Shown here in pieces: positions 28,806-36,788 of a stretch of DNA of 63,009 nt (within the stretch, counting starts at the first letter, position 1; every line of letters starts with the position of its first letter). The DNA is from Vicinamibacteria bacterium. GTDB lineage: Bacteria; Acidobacteriota; Vicinamibacteria; Fen-336. The notes beneath the pieces were generated by a model. It was not told the origin of the DNA. It saw only the letters and a program-made list of their open reading frames with translations, and did not search any database. The position numbers and the translations under genes are program-made. The stretch spans positions 1-63,009 of the forward strand of contig DATECU010000322.1 of the NCBI GenBank assembly GCA_035286745.1, read 5' to 3'.

Positions 28806-29690
28806 GTGTCCTTGCGCGTTGTGAGCGCCATCGCGCTTCTGATCGCCTCGTGCGCGCGGGCAGGGTACCTGCACGCTCCCACCCCTGCGGCAGAAGTGTC
28901 CCCGGCTGCCTGCGCTGCGACCGCCGAGGACCCGCTGCTGGCCTGCGCCCCGGTCGTTCTGCAGGAATTCGCCGCGGGGCCCTCTGCGATCCTCGATCGG
29001 CCCACCCCGTTCGATCCCGAGGGCTCAGGCTACCTGGCCGACGACCTTGCGGCCTGGCGGCGGCAGCCGCGGCCGGGCCTGGTTCCGTTCTACGCGTCCC
29101 TGAACCAAGACGCCGAACGACTCTATCTCTTCTACGGCCTCTACTACCCGGCGGACTGGTCGGGCCCCCCGGGGAAGCCGAGGATCGACCACGCCGGAGA
29201 CATGGAAGGGGCGCTGGTGGTGGCGGCTCGTCGCAGCGGTCGGGTCGAGGCCGTCATCACCCAGGCGCACAAGCTCTTCTACCTGTGGACACTCGATCCC
29301 GCTGCGCATCCTCGTGCCGCCTCAGGCCCCATCTCGCTCACTCCAACGGGTCGTCCCATCCTGTTCGCGGAGTCCGGTGGCCATGGGCTCTATGCGTTGG
29401 GCGCTGGGCGATGGACGCCGCGGGGCGGCGGCCGCTATCCGCAGGGCCCGGCGGCGGTCCCGGAAAGCCGCCTGCTCCGCATCGAGTTGGCGCCGGAAGG
29501 CGCGCACGCCGGCCCCCGAGCTGCGGCCGAGATTCGCCCCCTCGACCAACTGCGCGCCTACCGAGACCTGCCGAGAGGCGCCCGCCCGCCCCGGGAATGG
29601 CAGGATCGGCGCGGGCTGGGATCCCGCGGCGCTCTGATCGCTAACCCGGCCGGCCTGCTGGCCGTGCTGGAGCGCGCCAGCCGCCCCTGA
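28806..29690 (+). CDS. hypothetical lipoprotein
   Basis: GTG 28806 gives VSLRVVSAIALLIASC, a signal peptide plus lipobox. The upstream part of the 344-aa track ORF overlaps the divergent ATPase start. Contains YLFYGLYYPADW...IDHAGDMEGALVV. Confidence 0.5.
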   Translation: MSLRVVSAIALLIASCARAGYLHAPTPAAEVSPAACAATAEDPLLACAPVVLQEFAAGPSAILDRPTPFDPEGSGYLADDLAAWRRQPRPGLVPFYASLNQDAERLYLFYGLYYPADWSGPPGKPRIDHAGDMEGALVVAARRSGRVEAVITQAHKLFYLWTLDPAAHPRAASGPISLTPTGRPILFAESGGHGLYALGAGRWTPRGGGRYPQGPAAVPESRLLRIELAPEGAHAGPRAAAEIRPLDQLRAYRDLPRGARPPREWQDRRGLGSRGALIANPAGLLAVLERASRP

Positions 29691-29697
29691 GCCCGTC

Positions 29698-30027
29698 TCA
29701 GCGGGAGCCAGTTCCCCTTCTCTTCTTGCTCGCCTTCCGCCCACCCCGCGACGCGTAGGTCTCCGGGGCCTCGGCACTCAGGGACGCGGTGCCCTTTCCT
29801 GGCTCCTCCTCCGCCACGAAGAAGGCAAGGGGCTTGCCGTAGAGCAGCCCCAGCTCCGACAGCTCGACCACGTCGAGGCGCCGCTCGCCCGACTCGCACT
29901 TGGAGACAAAGGACTGGGTGCGGCTCACCGCAGTAGCCACCTCGGTCTGGGTCAGACCTGCCCCGACCCGCGCCTCGCGGAGGCGCGCCAGCAGCCGGCG
30001 GTACTTCGAGGAGTAGGTCGAGCGCAT
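29698..30027 (-). CDS. XRE-family helix-turn-helix transcriptional regulator
   Basis: 109 aa from ATG 30027. LREARVGAGLTQTEVATAVSRTQSFVSKCESGERRLDVVEL is a canonical Cro/C1 HTH. Basic C-terminal tail. Confidence 0.8.
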   Translation of the reverse strand: MRSTYSSKYRRLLARLREARVGAGLTQTEVATAVSRTQSFVSKCESGERRLDVVELSELGLLYGKPLAFFVAEEEPGKGTASLSAEAPETYASRGGRKASKKRRGTGSR

Positions 30028-30087
30028 GACTCGGGCGCCTAGGGTTGAATTCCGAATCCGGATATTCCAAAATCGGATTTCAGGAAC

Positions 30088-30507
30088 ATGCCCATGAACC
30101 CCTCCCTCCCGACGTTGCCGCCGGCACGGGTTCTGTTGGCGGAAGACGATCCGGCGCTGCGAGACCTCTGGGCCGAGGTCCTCCGAGGCGAGGGGTTCGA
30201 CGTAGTGGCCGCTGCGGACGGGGGTGAGCTGGTCGATCTGTTCTGGAGCCAGGGTCCTTTCGACACTCTCCTGCTCGACGAGGACATGCCGAGGCTCCGG
30301 GGCCGGCAAGCGCTGGCCAGGCTGCGGTCCGCCGGAACCAGGGTGCCGGCCGTGATCTGCAGCGGCAGGGTCGAGATCGATCCGGAGGAGTGCCTGCGCC
30401 TGGGTGTGCGCTTTGTTCTCAGAAAGCCCTGCACGCTGGCGTGCCTGGTGAGCACCATGCGCGCTGCCCTGGAGGATCGGCCCTCCGGCCAGCCGCTCGC
30501 CCCGTGA
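30088..30507 (+). CDS. single-domain response regulator (REC only)
   Basis: 139 aa. Acidic pair LLAEDDP, phospho-acceptor context TLLLDEDMP and conserved K in VLRKP. No output domain. Confidence 0.78.
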   Translation: MPMNPSLPTLPPARVLLAEDDPALRDLWAEVLRGEGFDVVAAADGGELVDLFWSQGPFDTLLLDEDMPRLRGRQALARLRSAGTRVPAVICSGRVEIDPEECLRLGVRFVLRKPCTLACLVSTMRAALEDRPSGQPLAP

Positions 30508-30535
30508 GATCGATCGAGCGGGCCCCGGACCGCGC

Positions 30536-31498
30536 TCAGGAGGAGTGGCTGCCCTCCAGCAAGGCGGCGGCCAGCAGCGGCACCAGCAGCTCGTGATGGC
30601 CGGTCAGACTGTAGCCGCGACCCACGCCGCGGGTGGGTCGCTGGACCACGTTGGTCAGCGGCCGGTAGGACTGGATGAAGTCGAGGTTGGCGGTCGCAAA
30701 GTCGCGGAGGTCGTGGCCCAGGTTGCGAGCCAGGGTGACCGCCTTCAGGAACACCTCGGGCAGAAGCACCGCCGAGCCCACGTTCAGATAGACCCCGCCG
30801 CCGCCCAGCTCGGCCACCTGGGCCGCGAAAAGGCGGAAGTCCAGATGGCTGGAGCGGCCTAACGCAGCGGGATCGCAGGCCGGGTGCAAGTGAACGATGT
30901 CGGTGCCTATCGCCACGTGAACGGTGGCGGGCAACCCCAATCGGTAGGCGGCGCCCAAAAGGCTGACACCAAGGTGCGGCGACGCCGTCTGCACCAGATG
31001 GCGCCCCACTGCCGCCCCCAGGCCCAGGCCGTCCCGATCGCCATCGGCCACCGCCCGGTTGATCCCCTCCCCCGTCTCCCGGGCCATGCCGAACTCGCCC
31101 GAGCCCAGGGTTTCGGCCACCTCCTCGGAGGTCTGCCCCGCCACGGCCAGCTCGAAGTCGTGGACCACGCCGGCGCCGTTCAGGGCGATGCCGGTGACCA
31201 GGCCCTTCTCCATCAAGTCGATCAGCACCGGCGACAAGCCGACCTTGAGGACGTGCCCGCCCAGGCCCCAGAGAATCGGCTTCCCGCGCTCTCTGGCCCG
31301 CAGGATCTCCTGGACCAAGGCGCGCAGGGAGTCCCCAGCCAGGATCCTGGGGAGCGAGTCCAGAAACGCCGCCAGTCCGGTGCCGGGGAGGTGGGGCCGG
31401 GCGAACTGGGCCAGCGTGACCTTGCTCTTGCGTCCGGCCAAAGGGTAGGTGCGGATCCGGTCGAGCTCCAGGGGGCGGGGCGGCTTGCCGGGCTTCAC
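30536..31498 (-). CDS. deoxyhypusine-synthase-like protein (tentative)
   Basis: About 320 aa. GKPILWGLGGHVLKVGLSPVLIDLMEKGLVTGIALNGAGVVHDFE and the C-terminal ELLVPLLAAALLEG resemble DHS-family blocks (TTAGGVEEDxIK; LVFPLLVA). GTG 31498 overlaps the gmhA stop (GTGA). Confidence 0.4.
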   Translation of the reverse strand: MKPGKPPRPLELDRIRTYPLAGRKSKVTLAQFARPHLPGTGLAAFLDSLPRILAGDSLRALVQEILRARERGKPILWGLGGHVLKVGLSPVLIDLMEKGLVTGIALNGAGVVHDFELAVAGQTSEEVAETLGSGEFGMARETGEGINRAVADGDRDGLGLGAAVGRHLVQTASPHLGVSLLGAAYRLGLPATVHVAIGTDIVHLHPACDPAALGRSSHLDFRLFAAQVAELGGGGVYLNVGSAVLLPEVFLKAVTLARNLGHDLRDFATANLDFIQSYRPLTNVVQRPTRGVGRGYSLTGHHELLVPLLAAALLEGSHSS

Positions 31499-32067
31499 GC
31501 CGTGACCGCCTCTTCCACCATCTGGCACAGCAGGTGGATCACCATGCCGTGCACCTCCTGGATGCGGGGGGTGGCCGGGTGGGGGACATCGATCAGGTAG
31601 TCCACGAGACCCGGCAGCTCGCCCCCACCGGCCCCGGTCAACCCCACGGTGACCAGACCTCGCTCCCGGGCCAGCCGCAGGGCGGAGATGACGTTAGGGG
31701 AACGGCCAGAGGTGCTGATGCCAAACGCAACATCCCCAGGCCGGCCGTGGGCCTCCACTTGCCGGCGGAAGACCGCGTCGTAGCCGAGATCGTTGGCCAC
31801 CGCGGTGATCACCGAGGGGTCGGTGGTGAGGGCCAGGGCGGGCAGGGCCGCCCGGTCCCGGAGGAAGCGGCCCAGGAGTTCTCCGGCCAGGTGTTGGGCA
31901 TCGGCGGCCGAGCCCCCGTTGCCGAAGCAGAGGATCTTGCCGCCGGCGCGCAAGCAGCTCGCGAGCCGCTCGCCCACCTCCAGCAGCAGCCGCGCGTTCT
32001 CCCGGAAGAAGCGGTCCTTGAGGGCAATGCTCTCCGCGGCGATGGCCCTCAGGGTTTGCTCGTCCAT
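31495..32067 (-). CDS. gmhA: SIS-domain D-sedoheptulose-7-phosphate isomerase
   Basis: 190 aa. KILCFGNGGSAADAQHLAGEL, GISTSGRSPNV and the C-terminal QEVHGMVIHLL pattern typical of GmhA/DiaA. Confidence 0.8.
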   Translation of the reverse strand: MDEQTLRAIAAESIALKDRFFRENARLLLEVGERLASCLRAGGKILCFGNGGSAADAQHLAGELLGRFLRDRAALPALALTTDPSVITAVANDLGYDAVFRRQVEAHGRPGDVAFGISTSGRSPNVISALRLARERGLVTVGLTGAGGGELPGLVDYLIDVPHPATPRIQEVHGMVIHLLCQMVEEAVTA

Positions 32068-32079
32068 ACCGAAGGCGGA

Positions 32080-32655
32080 TCAGGGCTTGTCGGCGCGGAT
32101 GTGCACGGTGAGCAAGAGCGACTGGAGCGAAGGCTCGTCGACCGCGACCTGGAAGACGGCCCCGTCCTTGAGACCGGCCGGAATCCGCACCGGCACCGGC
32201 AGCCGAGTGTCCAGCCGGCCTTCGCCCCCGCAGTGGCCGCAGTCGAAGCCGGCGCCTCCGGTGCCGCCACACGCCGGGCAGGTCGCCGCCACCGGGATGT
32301 CCAGCGGCAGCGTGCCCCCCTTGGCGGCTTCTCGGGCGGTCAGCACGATCTCACCCGAAAGCGTGCCAGGGCGGGTGGGGCGCCGCAGCTCGCCCATGGC
32401 CGGGCTCTTCAAGAAGGACCAGGACGCGGCGTCGAACCGCCTGTCCCCCTGGCCGAGGGTCTCGTCATAGCGACGGCGGGCCTCGGCGTTGGCCAGCGTT
32501 TCGTAGGCGACCCGCAGGTCATCGATGTCCCCGGTCCCTGCCTGCTTGGCCGGACGCAGCTTTCGGGCCAGGCGCCTGTAGGCCCGCTTGATGGCGTCGG
32601 TCGTCGCATCGCGGGGCACCCCGAGGATGCGGTAGTAGTCCTTGCGTTTCTCCAT
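32080..32655 (-). CDS. J-like domain protein with CxxCxGxG zinc-finger module (HPD motif absent)
   Basis: Starts MEKRKDYYRILGVPRDATTDAIKRAYRRLARKLRPAKQ, with RPA where HPD is expected. Later CPACGGTGGAGFDCGHCGGEG. Confidence 0.7.
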   Translation of the reverse strand: MEKRKDYYRILGVPRDATTDAIKRAYRRLARKLRPAKQAGTGDIDDLRVAYETLANAEARRRYDETLGQGDRRFDAASWSFLKSPAMGELRRPTRPGTLSGEIVLTAREAAKGGTLPLDIPVAATCPACGGTGGAGFDCGHCGGEGRLDTRLPVPVRIPAGLKDGAVFQVAVDEPSLQSLLLTVHIRADKP

Positions 32656-32774
32656 TCCAGCTACACCATAGGTCGTGGCCGGAAGCGGTGTCAAGCCGGC
32701 CTTCGAGCGACGTCCCGGCAGGGTGCTATGATCGCCCGCATACGCTACAGGCTTGCTGAGTCGGGAGGACTCCC

Positions 32775-33392
32775 ATGTCTCCAGAGACGAGTGCGGTCAC
32801 GCAGCTGCTGCTGCGTTTCTTCCACATCTTGTTCGGCGTGGTCTGGCTGGGCCATCTCTACTTCTTCAACTTCGTCAACGGCCCTTTCCAGGCGGTGCTG
32901 GACAAGGAGTTGAAGCCGCGGGTCAACCCGCCCCTGCTGTTGCGCGCCCTGTACTGGTTCCGCTGGGGAGCGGTCTTCACGCTGCTCACCGGCTGGGTGC
33001 TCTTCGGCCTCCTCTACTGGCCTTTCGGGGCCGCGCTGCTCCCTCCCGAAGGGGGCCTGTCGGCCCGCGGCGTCTGGATGCTGATCGGGGCGGTGTTGGG
33101 CACCGTGATGTTCGCCAACGTCTGGCTGGTGATCTGGCCGGTGCAGAAGAAGATCCTCGGCGGTCTGGCGGCGGGTTCGCCGGCACCGCCGGAGCTGGCC
33201 GCGCGGGTCACCCTGGTGTCGCGGATCAACCTGTTCCTCTCCGCCCCCATGCTGATGGGGATGGTCGCCGGCTCCCATCACGAGGTTTGGGCGCTGATGC
33301 CCGGCTGGATGCACGGGGTGTTTCTGATCCTGACCTTGGGCGGCGTCCACGGTCTCTGGAAGCGGGCTCAGAAGGCCGGTGGGAGCCTCTGA
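32775..33392 (+). CDS. membrane protein, Urate_ox_N/PuuD-N-terminal-like (tentative)
   Basis: 205 aa, about 5 TM helices. N-terminus LLRFFHILFGVVWLGHLYFFNFVN resembles the membrane domain of PuuD-type proteins. No cytochrome c domain. Confidence 0.4.
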   Translation: MSPETSAVTQLLLRFFHILFGVVWLGHLYFFNFVNGPFQAVLDKELKPRVNPPLLLRALYWFRWGAVFTLLTGWVLFGLLYWPFGAALLPPEGGLSARGVWMLIGAVLGTVMFANVWLVIWPVQKKILGGLAAGSPAPPELAARVTLVSRINLFLSAPMLMGMVAGSHHEVWALMPGWMHGVFLILTLGGVHGLWKRAQKAGGSL

Positions 33393-33454
33393 CAACGGAA
33401 ACGACATCAACCACAAGAGCCCAGCGCGGCCAGGGCCGCACCCAAACGAACGGA

Positions 33455-33627
33455 CACCACAGAGGCACAGAGAAGAGACCGCCGGCCGCAAGCGGAACGG
33501 ACGTACACCGCGCTCCAGTCTCTCGCCGATCGTCGTAGCTGAAAGCTAATCGCTGATCGCTGCCCCCTGGTGGCACTCCCCGCTCCTCGGCCCAGGTCGC
33601 TCTCGGTGCCTCGGTGTCTCTGTGGTT
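33455..33627. repeat. composite intergenic element: family A inverted arms flanking a family B unit
   Basis: The left arm is caccacagaggcacagagaagagaccgccggccgcaagcggaacgga (33455-33500). An internal family B unit, gtcgtagctgaaagctaatcgctgatcgctgcc, lies at 33533-33564. The right arm is ctctcggtgcctcggtgtctctgtggt (33599-33627). Confidence 0.75.
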
Positions 33628-34450
33628 ATGCCGTTAGGTGGAACGCCACCGCGCGCACGAAGTTCCGGGCCGAGAAGCGCCCGCGGCTGAACCAGGTGAG
33701 GAAGCCCTCGGGACCCACCGCCCGGCGCGCCACCTCGGCTTCGGGCAACCCCTGGGCCAAGAGGTCGAGGATGCGCTCGCGCAGGCTGCGCAGGCCATCG
33801 GCCTTGCGGCGCAGAGAAGCGGGCCCGTCCTCTAGGAGGCCGCGGTGAGCGCAGAAGACCTGGCGCACCGGCAAACGACCCACCGCGTCCAGCGAATCGA
33901 TGAGGCCGGAGACATCCTCGTCGGAACGCAGGTAGCGGAGCTTCTCGGCCAGGAACAAATCGCCGGTGAAGAGCCAGCCGCGCTCGGCCTCGAAGAGGCA
34001 GACGTGGTCGGGGCTGTGCCCAGGGGTGTGGATCACCTGGAATCGGAGGTGGCGAGTCGCCACCTCCTTGCCCAGCGGCTCCGCCACAACGTGCGGTGGG
34101 CGGCCCCAGGCGAAGCGCCGGTAGAGCTCCTGCACGAAGCCCCGCTCCAGAAGCGGCACCCCCAAGGGATGAACCTGCGGTCGCAGTTGGCGCCGGGCCA
34201 AGAGAGCCGCCGCCGCGCCCATGTGGTCCTCGTGGTGGTGGGTGAGGATGAGCCCCTCCAGGCGCTGGCCCTCCAGGGCCGAAAGCAGCTCGCGCCAGGT
34301 CGTCGGGGGCCCGCAGTCGACCAGCACGCCATCGACCAGGTAGGCGCCGGTCCAGTAGAGGGGCCGGCCCAGGAAGCGCCTGGCCATACGCAGGAAGCCG
34401 ATCTCGCCGTAGCTCTCGCTGCGAATCACGGTGGCGTCCGGGACGGCCAC
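33626..34450 (-). CDS. MBL-fold metallo-hydrolase
   Basis: 274 aa. Metal-binding motif LILTHHHEDHMG, later HTPGHSPDH. Confidence 0.85.
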   Translation of the reverse strand: MAVPDATVIRSESYGEIGFLRMARRFLGRPLYWTGAYLVDGVLVDCGPPTTWRELLSALEGQRLEGLILTHHHEDHMGAAAALLARRQLRPQVHPLGVPLLERGFVQELYRRFAWGRPPHVVAEPLGKEVATRHLRFQVIHTPGHSPDHVCLFEAERGWLFTGDLFLAEKLRYLRSDEDVSGLIDSLDAVGRLPVRQVFCAHRGLLEDGPASLRRKADGLRSLRERILDLLAQGLPEAEVARRAVGPEGFLTWFSRGRFSARNFVRAVAFHLTA

Positions 34451-34788
34451 AGCCGCCTGATCTCGAACCCCAAGGCGGTTGCCAGCAGCAGCAGAGCCAG
34501 GACTACGAGGGGGCCCCGGAGCTTGGGCAGCCAGGGGCTGGCGGGCTGAGGCATGGTCAAGGGCGACGGGGATGGGGTCGCCATCGGCGATTCCGCGGCG
34601 AGGGTCTGGCTGTCAGACGCAGGCCGAGCGGGTGAGCGTGTCCCGTCGGTTCCGCGCCCGACCCTGGTGGCCTCCGCTCCTGCCGAGCCGCCTTCCTCCT
34701 GCGATGGTGCTGGATCAGGGATCGGCGACCCGGCGAGGCTCGGGACGGCCATCAAGGCGGCGAGCGTCAGACCGCGAAGTCGGCCCAC
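34426..34788 (-). CDS. possible small secreted/anchored low-complexity protein
   Basis: A 410-nt gap lies between pal and the MBL gene. GTG 34788 gives VGRLRGLTLAALMAVPSLAGS (signal-like), a P/S/A/E-rich linker and a C-terminal hydrophobic helix LVVLALLLLATALGF. No homology recognised. Confidence 0.25.
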   Translation of the reverse strand: MGRLRGLTLAALMAVPSLAGSPIPDPAPSQEEGGSAGAEATRVGRGTDGTRSPARPASDSQTLAAESPMATPSPSPLTMPQPASPWLPKLRGPLVVLALLLLATALGFEIRRLWPSRTPP

Positions 34789-34859
34789 CGCGAGGAGCGT
34801 CTCATTACCGAAAGGCAGGGCCCGCCGCAGGCTTCCCCGCGGCGAGCCGAAGCCCGGAG

Positions 34860-35414
34860 CTACTTGGTCTTGCCGGTAACGGCGAAGTGGTCGCGGCGGT
34901 TGCGGCCCCAGCAGTCCTCGTTGGACTCCTGGCACAGCGGGACCTCCTTGCCGTAGGACACGGTCTTCAGGCGCGCCGCCGGCACGCCCAGAGAGATCAG
35001 GTAGTCGGAGGCGGCACGAGCGCGGCGCTCGCCCAGAGCCAGGTTGTACTCCACCGAGCCCCGCTCGTCGCAATGGCCCTCGATCGTGATCTTGAGGAAG
35101 TCGAACTTCCTCAGCACGTCGGCGTTGCGGGCCAGGATCTGGCGATCGCCCTCGCGAAGGTCCGCCTTGTCGTAGTCGAAGTGGATGTCGTTGAACAATC
35201 CCATCCGTTCGATCTCGTCGGTGGACATCTGCGAGAGGCGTGTGTACTCGTCCTCCTGCCGCACCGTGTCGGGAGTGGCCGCTGGAGGCGGGGCCAAAGG
35301 CGGCGCGGCGGGGGCCACCACGGGCGCGGAGGGCGGCGGTGGCGGCGTCTTCTTTCCGCAGGCCACGAATGCCGTCGCGGCCACCAGGGTCACAACCAAT
35401 GCTGTCTGTCTCAT
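34860..35414 (-). CDS. pal: peptidoglycan-associated lipoprotein (OmpA-family)
   Basis: Starts MRQTALVVTLVAATAFVACG (lipobox), followed by a Pro-rich linker. OmpA_C domain with FDYDKADL, IEGHCDERGSVEYNLALGERRA and the Pal-typical C-terminal W..NRR..F. Confidence 0.9.
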   Translation of the reverse strand: MRQTALVVTLVAATAFVACGKKTPPPPPSAPVVAPAAPPLAPPPAATPDTVRQEDEYTRLSQMSTDEIERMGLFNDIHFDYDKADLREGDRQILARNADVLRKFDFLKITIEGHCDERGSVEYNLALGERRARAASDYLISLGVPAARLKTVSYGKEVPLCQESNEDCWGRNRRDHFAVTGKTK

Positions 35415-35463
35415 TCCACTCACCCCTTCAGTCGTTGAAACACGGCCGCGAGGAAGCAGCCGC

Positions 35464-35622
35464 TCAGGGCTTCTTCTCGTCGTTCTCGCCCTTGAAGGAC
35501 TTCTTGAAGTTCTTGATGCCCTCGCCCAACCCACGGCCGAGCTCGGGAATCCGGCTGGCACCGAAGATCAGGATCAGGATCAGGAGAATCAGCAGTATCT
35601 CGGGCACACCCAGACCGAACAT
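35464..35622 (-). CDS. tatA: twin-arginine translocase subunit TatA/E
   Basis: Not in the ORF track (52 aa). The reverse strand encodes [58 protein letters not shown] lies 3 nt before the ATG. Confidence 0.9.
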   Translation of the reverse strand: MFGLGVPEILLILLILILIFGASRIPELGRGLGEGIKNFKKSFKGENDEKKP

Positions 35623-35683
35623 GAGTCCTCCGCAGCCAGACCAAACCCGAAATGCGGCGACGGCCTGGCTTGGCTCGCTCGAA

Positions 35684-36466
35684 TCATACCCCAGACTCGT
35701 CCGGGAGCACGCGCAGGGCCTCGTGGAGACGCCCTCGCCGATAGCCTTGGGGGTCGAGAACGGCTTCGGGGTAGCCGGTCTCCCGAACCGCCGACAGCAG
35801 CGCCTCTCGCAGCCCCTGGTCGCTCAGGCGGCCCATCTCGCCGCCGGCGATCTCGATCGAAGCCAGGTCGCCGCGATGGCGAACCCGGAACTCCCGGAAG
35901 CCCAGGGCGCGGACTCGGGCTTCCGCGGCCTCCACCCGGCCCAGAACCTCGGCGGTGACGGGGATGCCGAAGGCAACGCGTGAGGCCAGGCAGGGTGAAG
36001 CCGGCAGGTCCCAGGTCGGCAGTCCCAGGGCCCGGGAGAGGATCCGGACCTCCGCCTTGGCGAGACCAGCCTCGGCCAGCGGGCTGCGGACGCCGGCCTC
36101 CACCGCCGCCTGGTGGCCGGGCCGAACGTCGCTGAGATCGTCGGCGATGAGGCCATAAGCGACGCAGGCGTAGCCCTCGGCCTGGGCCAGCGGCAAAAGC
36201 CGCCGAAACAGCTCCGCCTTGCAGTGGTAGCAGCGGTCCGGGGCGTTTTGCACATAACGGTCAGCTTGCAGTTCGGCGGTGTTCAAGAAGCGGTGGGCGA
36301 AGCCGAAGTCGGCGGCCAGAGAAGCCGCCTGAGAGCGCTGGATCCCGGCCAGCGAGGCGGAGTCGGCGGTCACCGCCAGCGCCCGCGAGCCCAGCACCTG
36401 GTGCGCCCTGAGCGCCAGGTAGGCGCTGTCCACGCCCCCGCTGAAGGCGACCACCACCGAACCCAT
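35684..36466 (-). CDS. larE: PP-loop ATP pyrophosphatase, LarE/TIGR00268-like sulfur transferase
   Basis: [17 protein letters not shown]-loop and CYHCK motif. The start is uncertain. ATG 36466 is the first canonical start that does not overlap the lysW-like gene, and the track start at 36616 would overlap it by 94 nt. Confidence 0.6.
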   Translation of the reverse strand: MGSVVVAFSGGVDSAYLALRAHQVLGSRALAVTADSASLAGIQRSQAASLAADFGFAHRFLNTAELQADRYVQNAPDRCYHCKAELFRRLLPLAQAEGYACVAYGLIADDLSDVRPGHQAAVEAGVRSPLAEAGLAKAEVRILSRALGLPTWDLPASPCLASRVAFGIPVTAEVLGRVEAAEARVRALGFREFRVRHRGDLASIEIAGGEMGRLSDQGLREALLSAVRETGYPEAVLDPQGYRRGRLHEALRVLPDESGV

Positions 36467-36522
36467 CTCGCCCAGCAACAGGTCCAACGCCTGCTGCTTG
36501 GTCTCCGGATCGATCCTGGCGG

Positions 36523-36690
36523 CTACTCGTCCCAGTCGTCCTCCTGTTGTGCAGCCGGATCCAACTCCAGGGGGGAGAGCCCCACCACCTCGAGGTCCAC
36601 GCCGCATTCGGGACAACTGATCACCTCACCCTTGTCGACATCGAACTCGTCGATTTCGATGTCCGCCTCGCACTCGGGGCAGAGTGCCAT
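36523..36690 (-). CDS. lysW: LysW-like amino-group carrier zinc-ribbon protein
   Basis: Not in the ORF track (55 aa). MALCPECEADIEIDEFDVDKGEVISCPECGVDLEVVGLSPLELDPAAQQEDDWDE has CPxC...CPxC and an acidic C-terminal tail ending DWDE. GGGAGGTGG Shine-Dalgarno 5 nt upstream. Confidence 0.7.
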   Translation of the reverse strand: MALCPECEADIEIDEFDVDKGEVISCPECGVDLEVVGLSPLELDPAAQQEDDWDE

Positions 36691-36788
36691 CTGCGCCACC
36701 TCCCGGAGGGGGGAGCGGCCAACCGCCGCTCCCCGTCAAGCGGCCCGATCATACCTCAAGCCGCGCCTACCGGAAGTTCCGGTGAGCC

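Noticed and set aside
34426-35073. 215-aa minus-strand ORF spanning the pal 3' end
   Set aside because: The upstream half is an alternate frame of pal. Only the downstream part (from GTG 34788 or ATG 34752) could be a separate small gene, and it is kept as a low-confidence feature.
35684-36616. Full 310-aa version of the LarE-like ORF
   Set aside because: Its first 30-50 codons (Gly/Arg-rich) would overlap the lysW-like gene by up to 94 nt. A shorter form is preferred, although the exact start (ATG 36466, or a non-canonical start near 36535) is unresolved.
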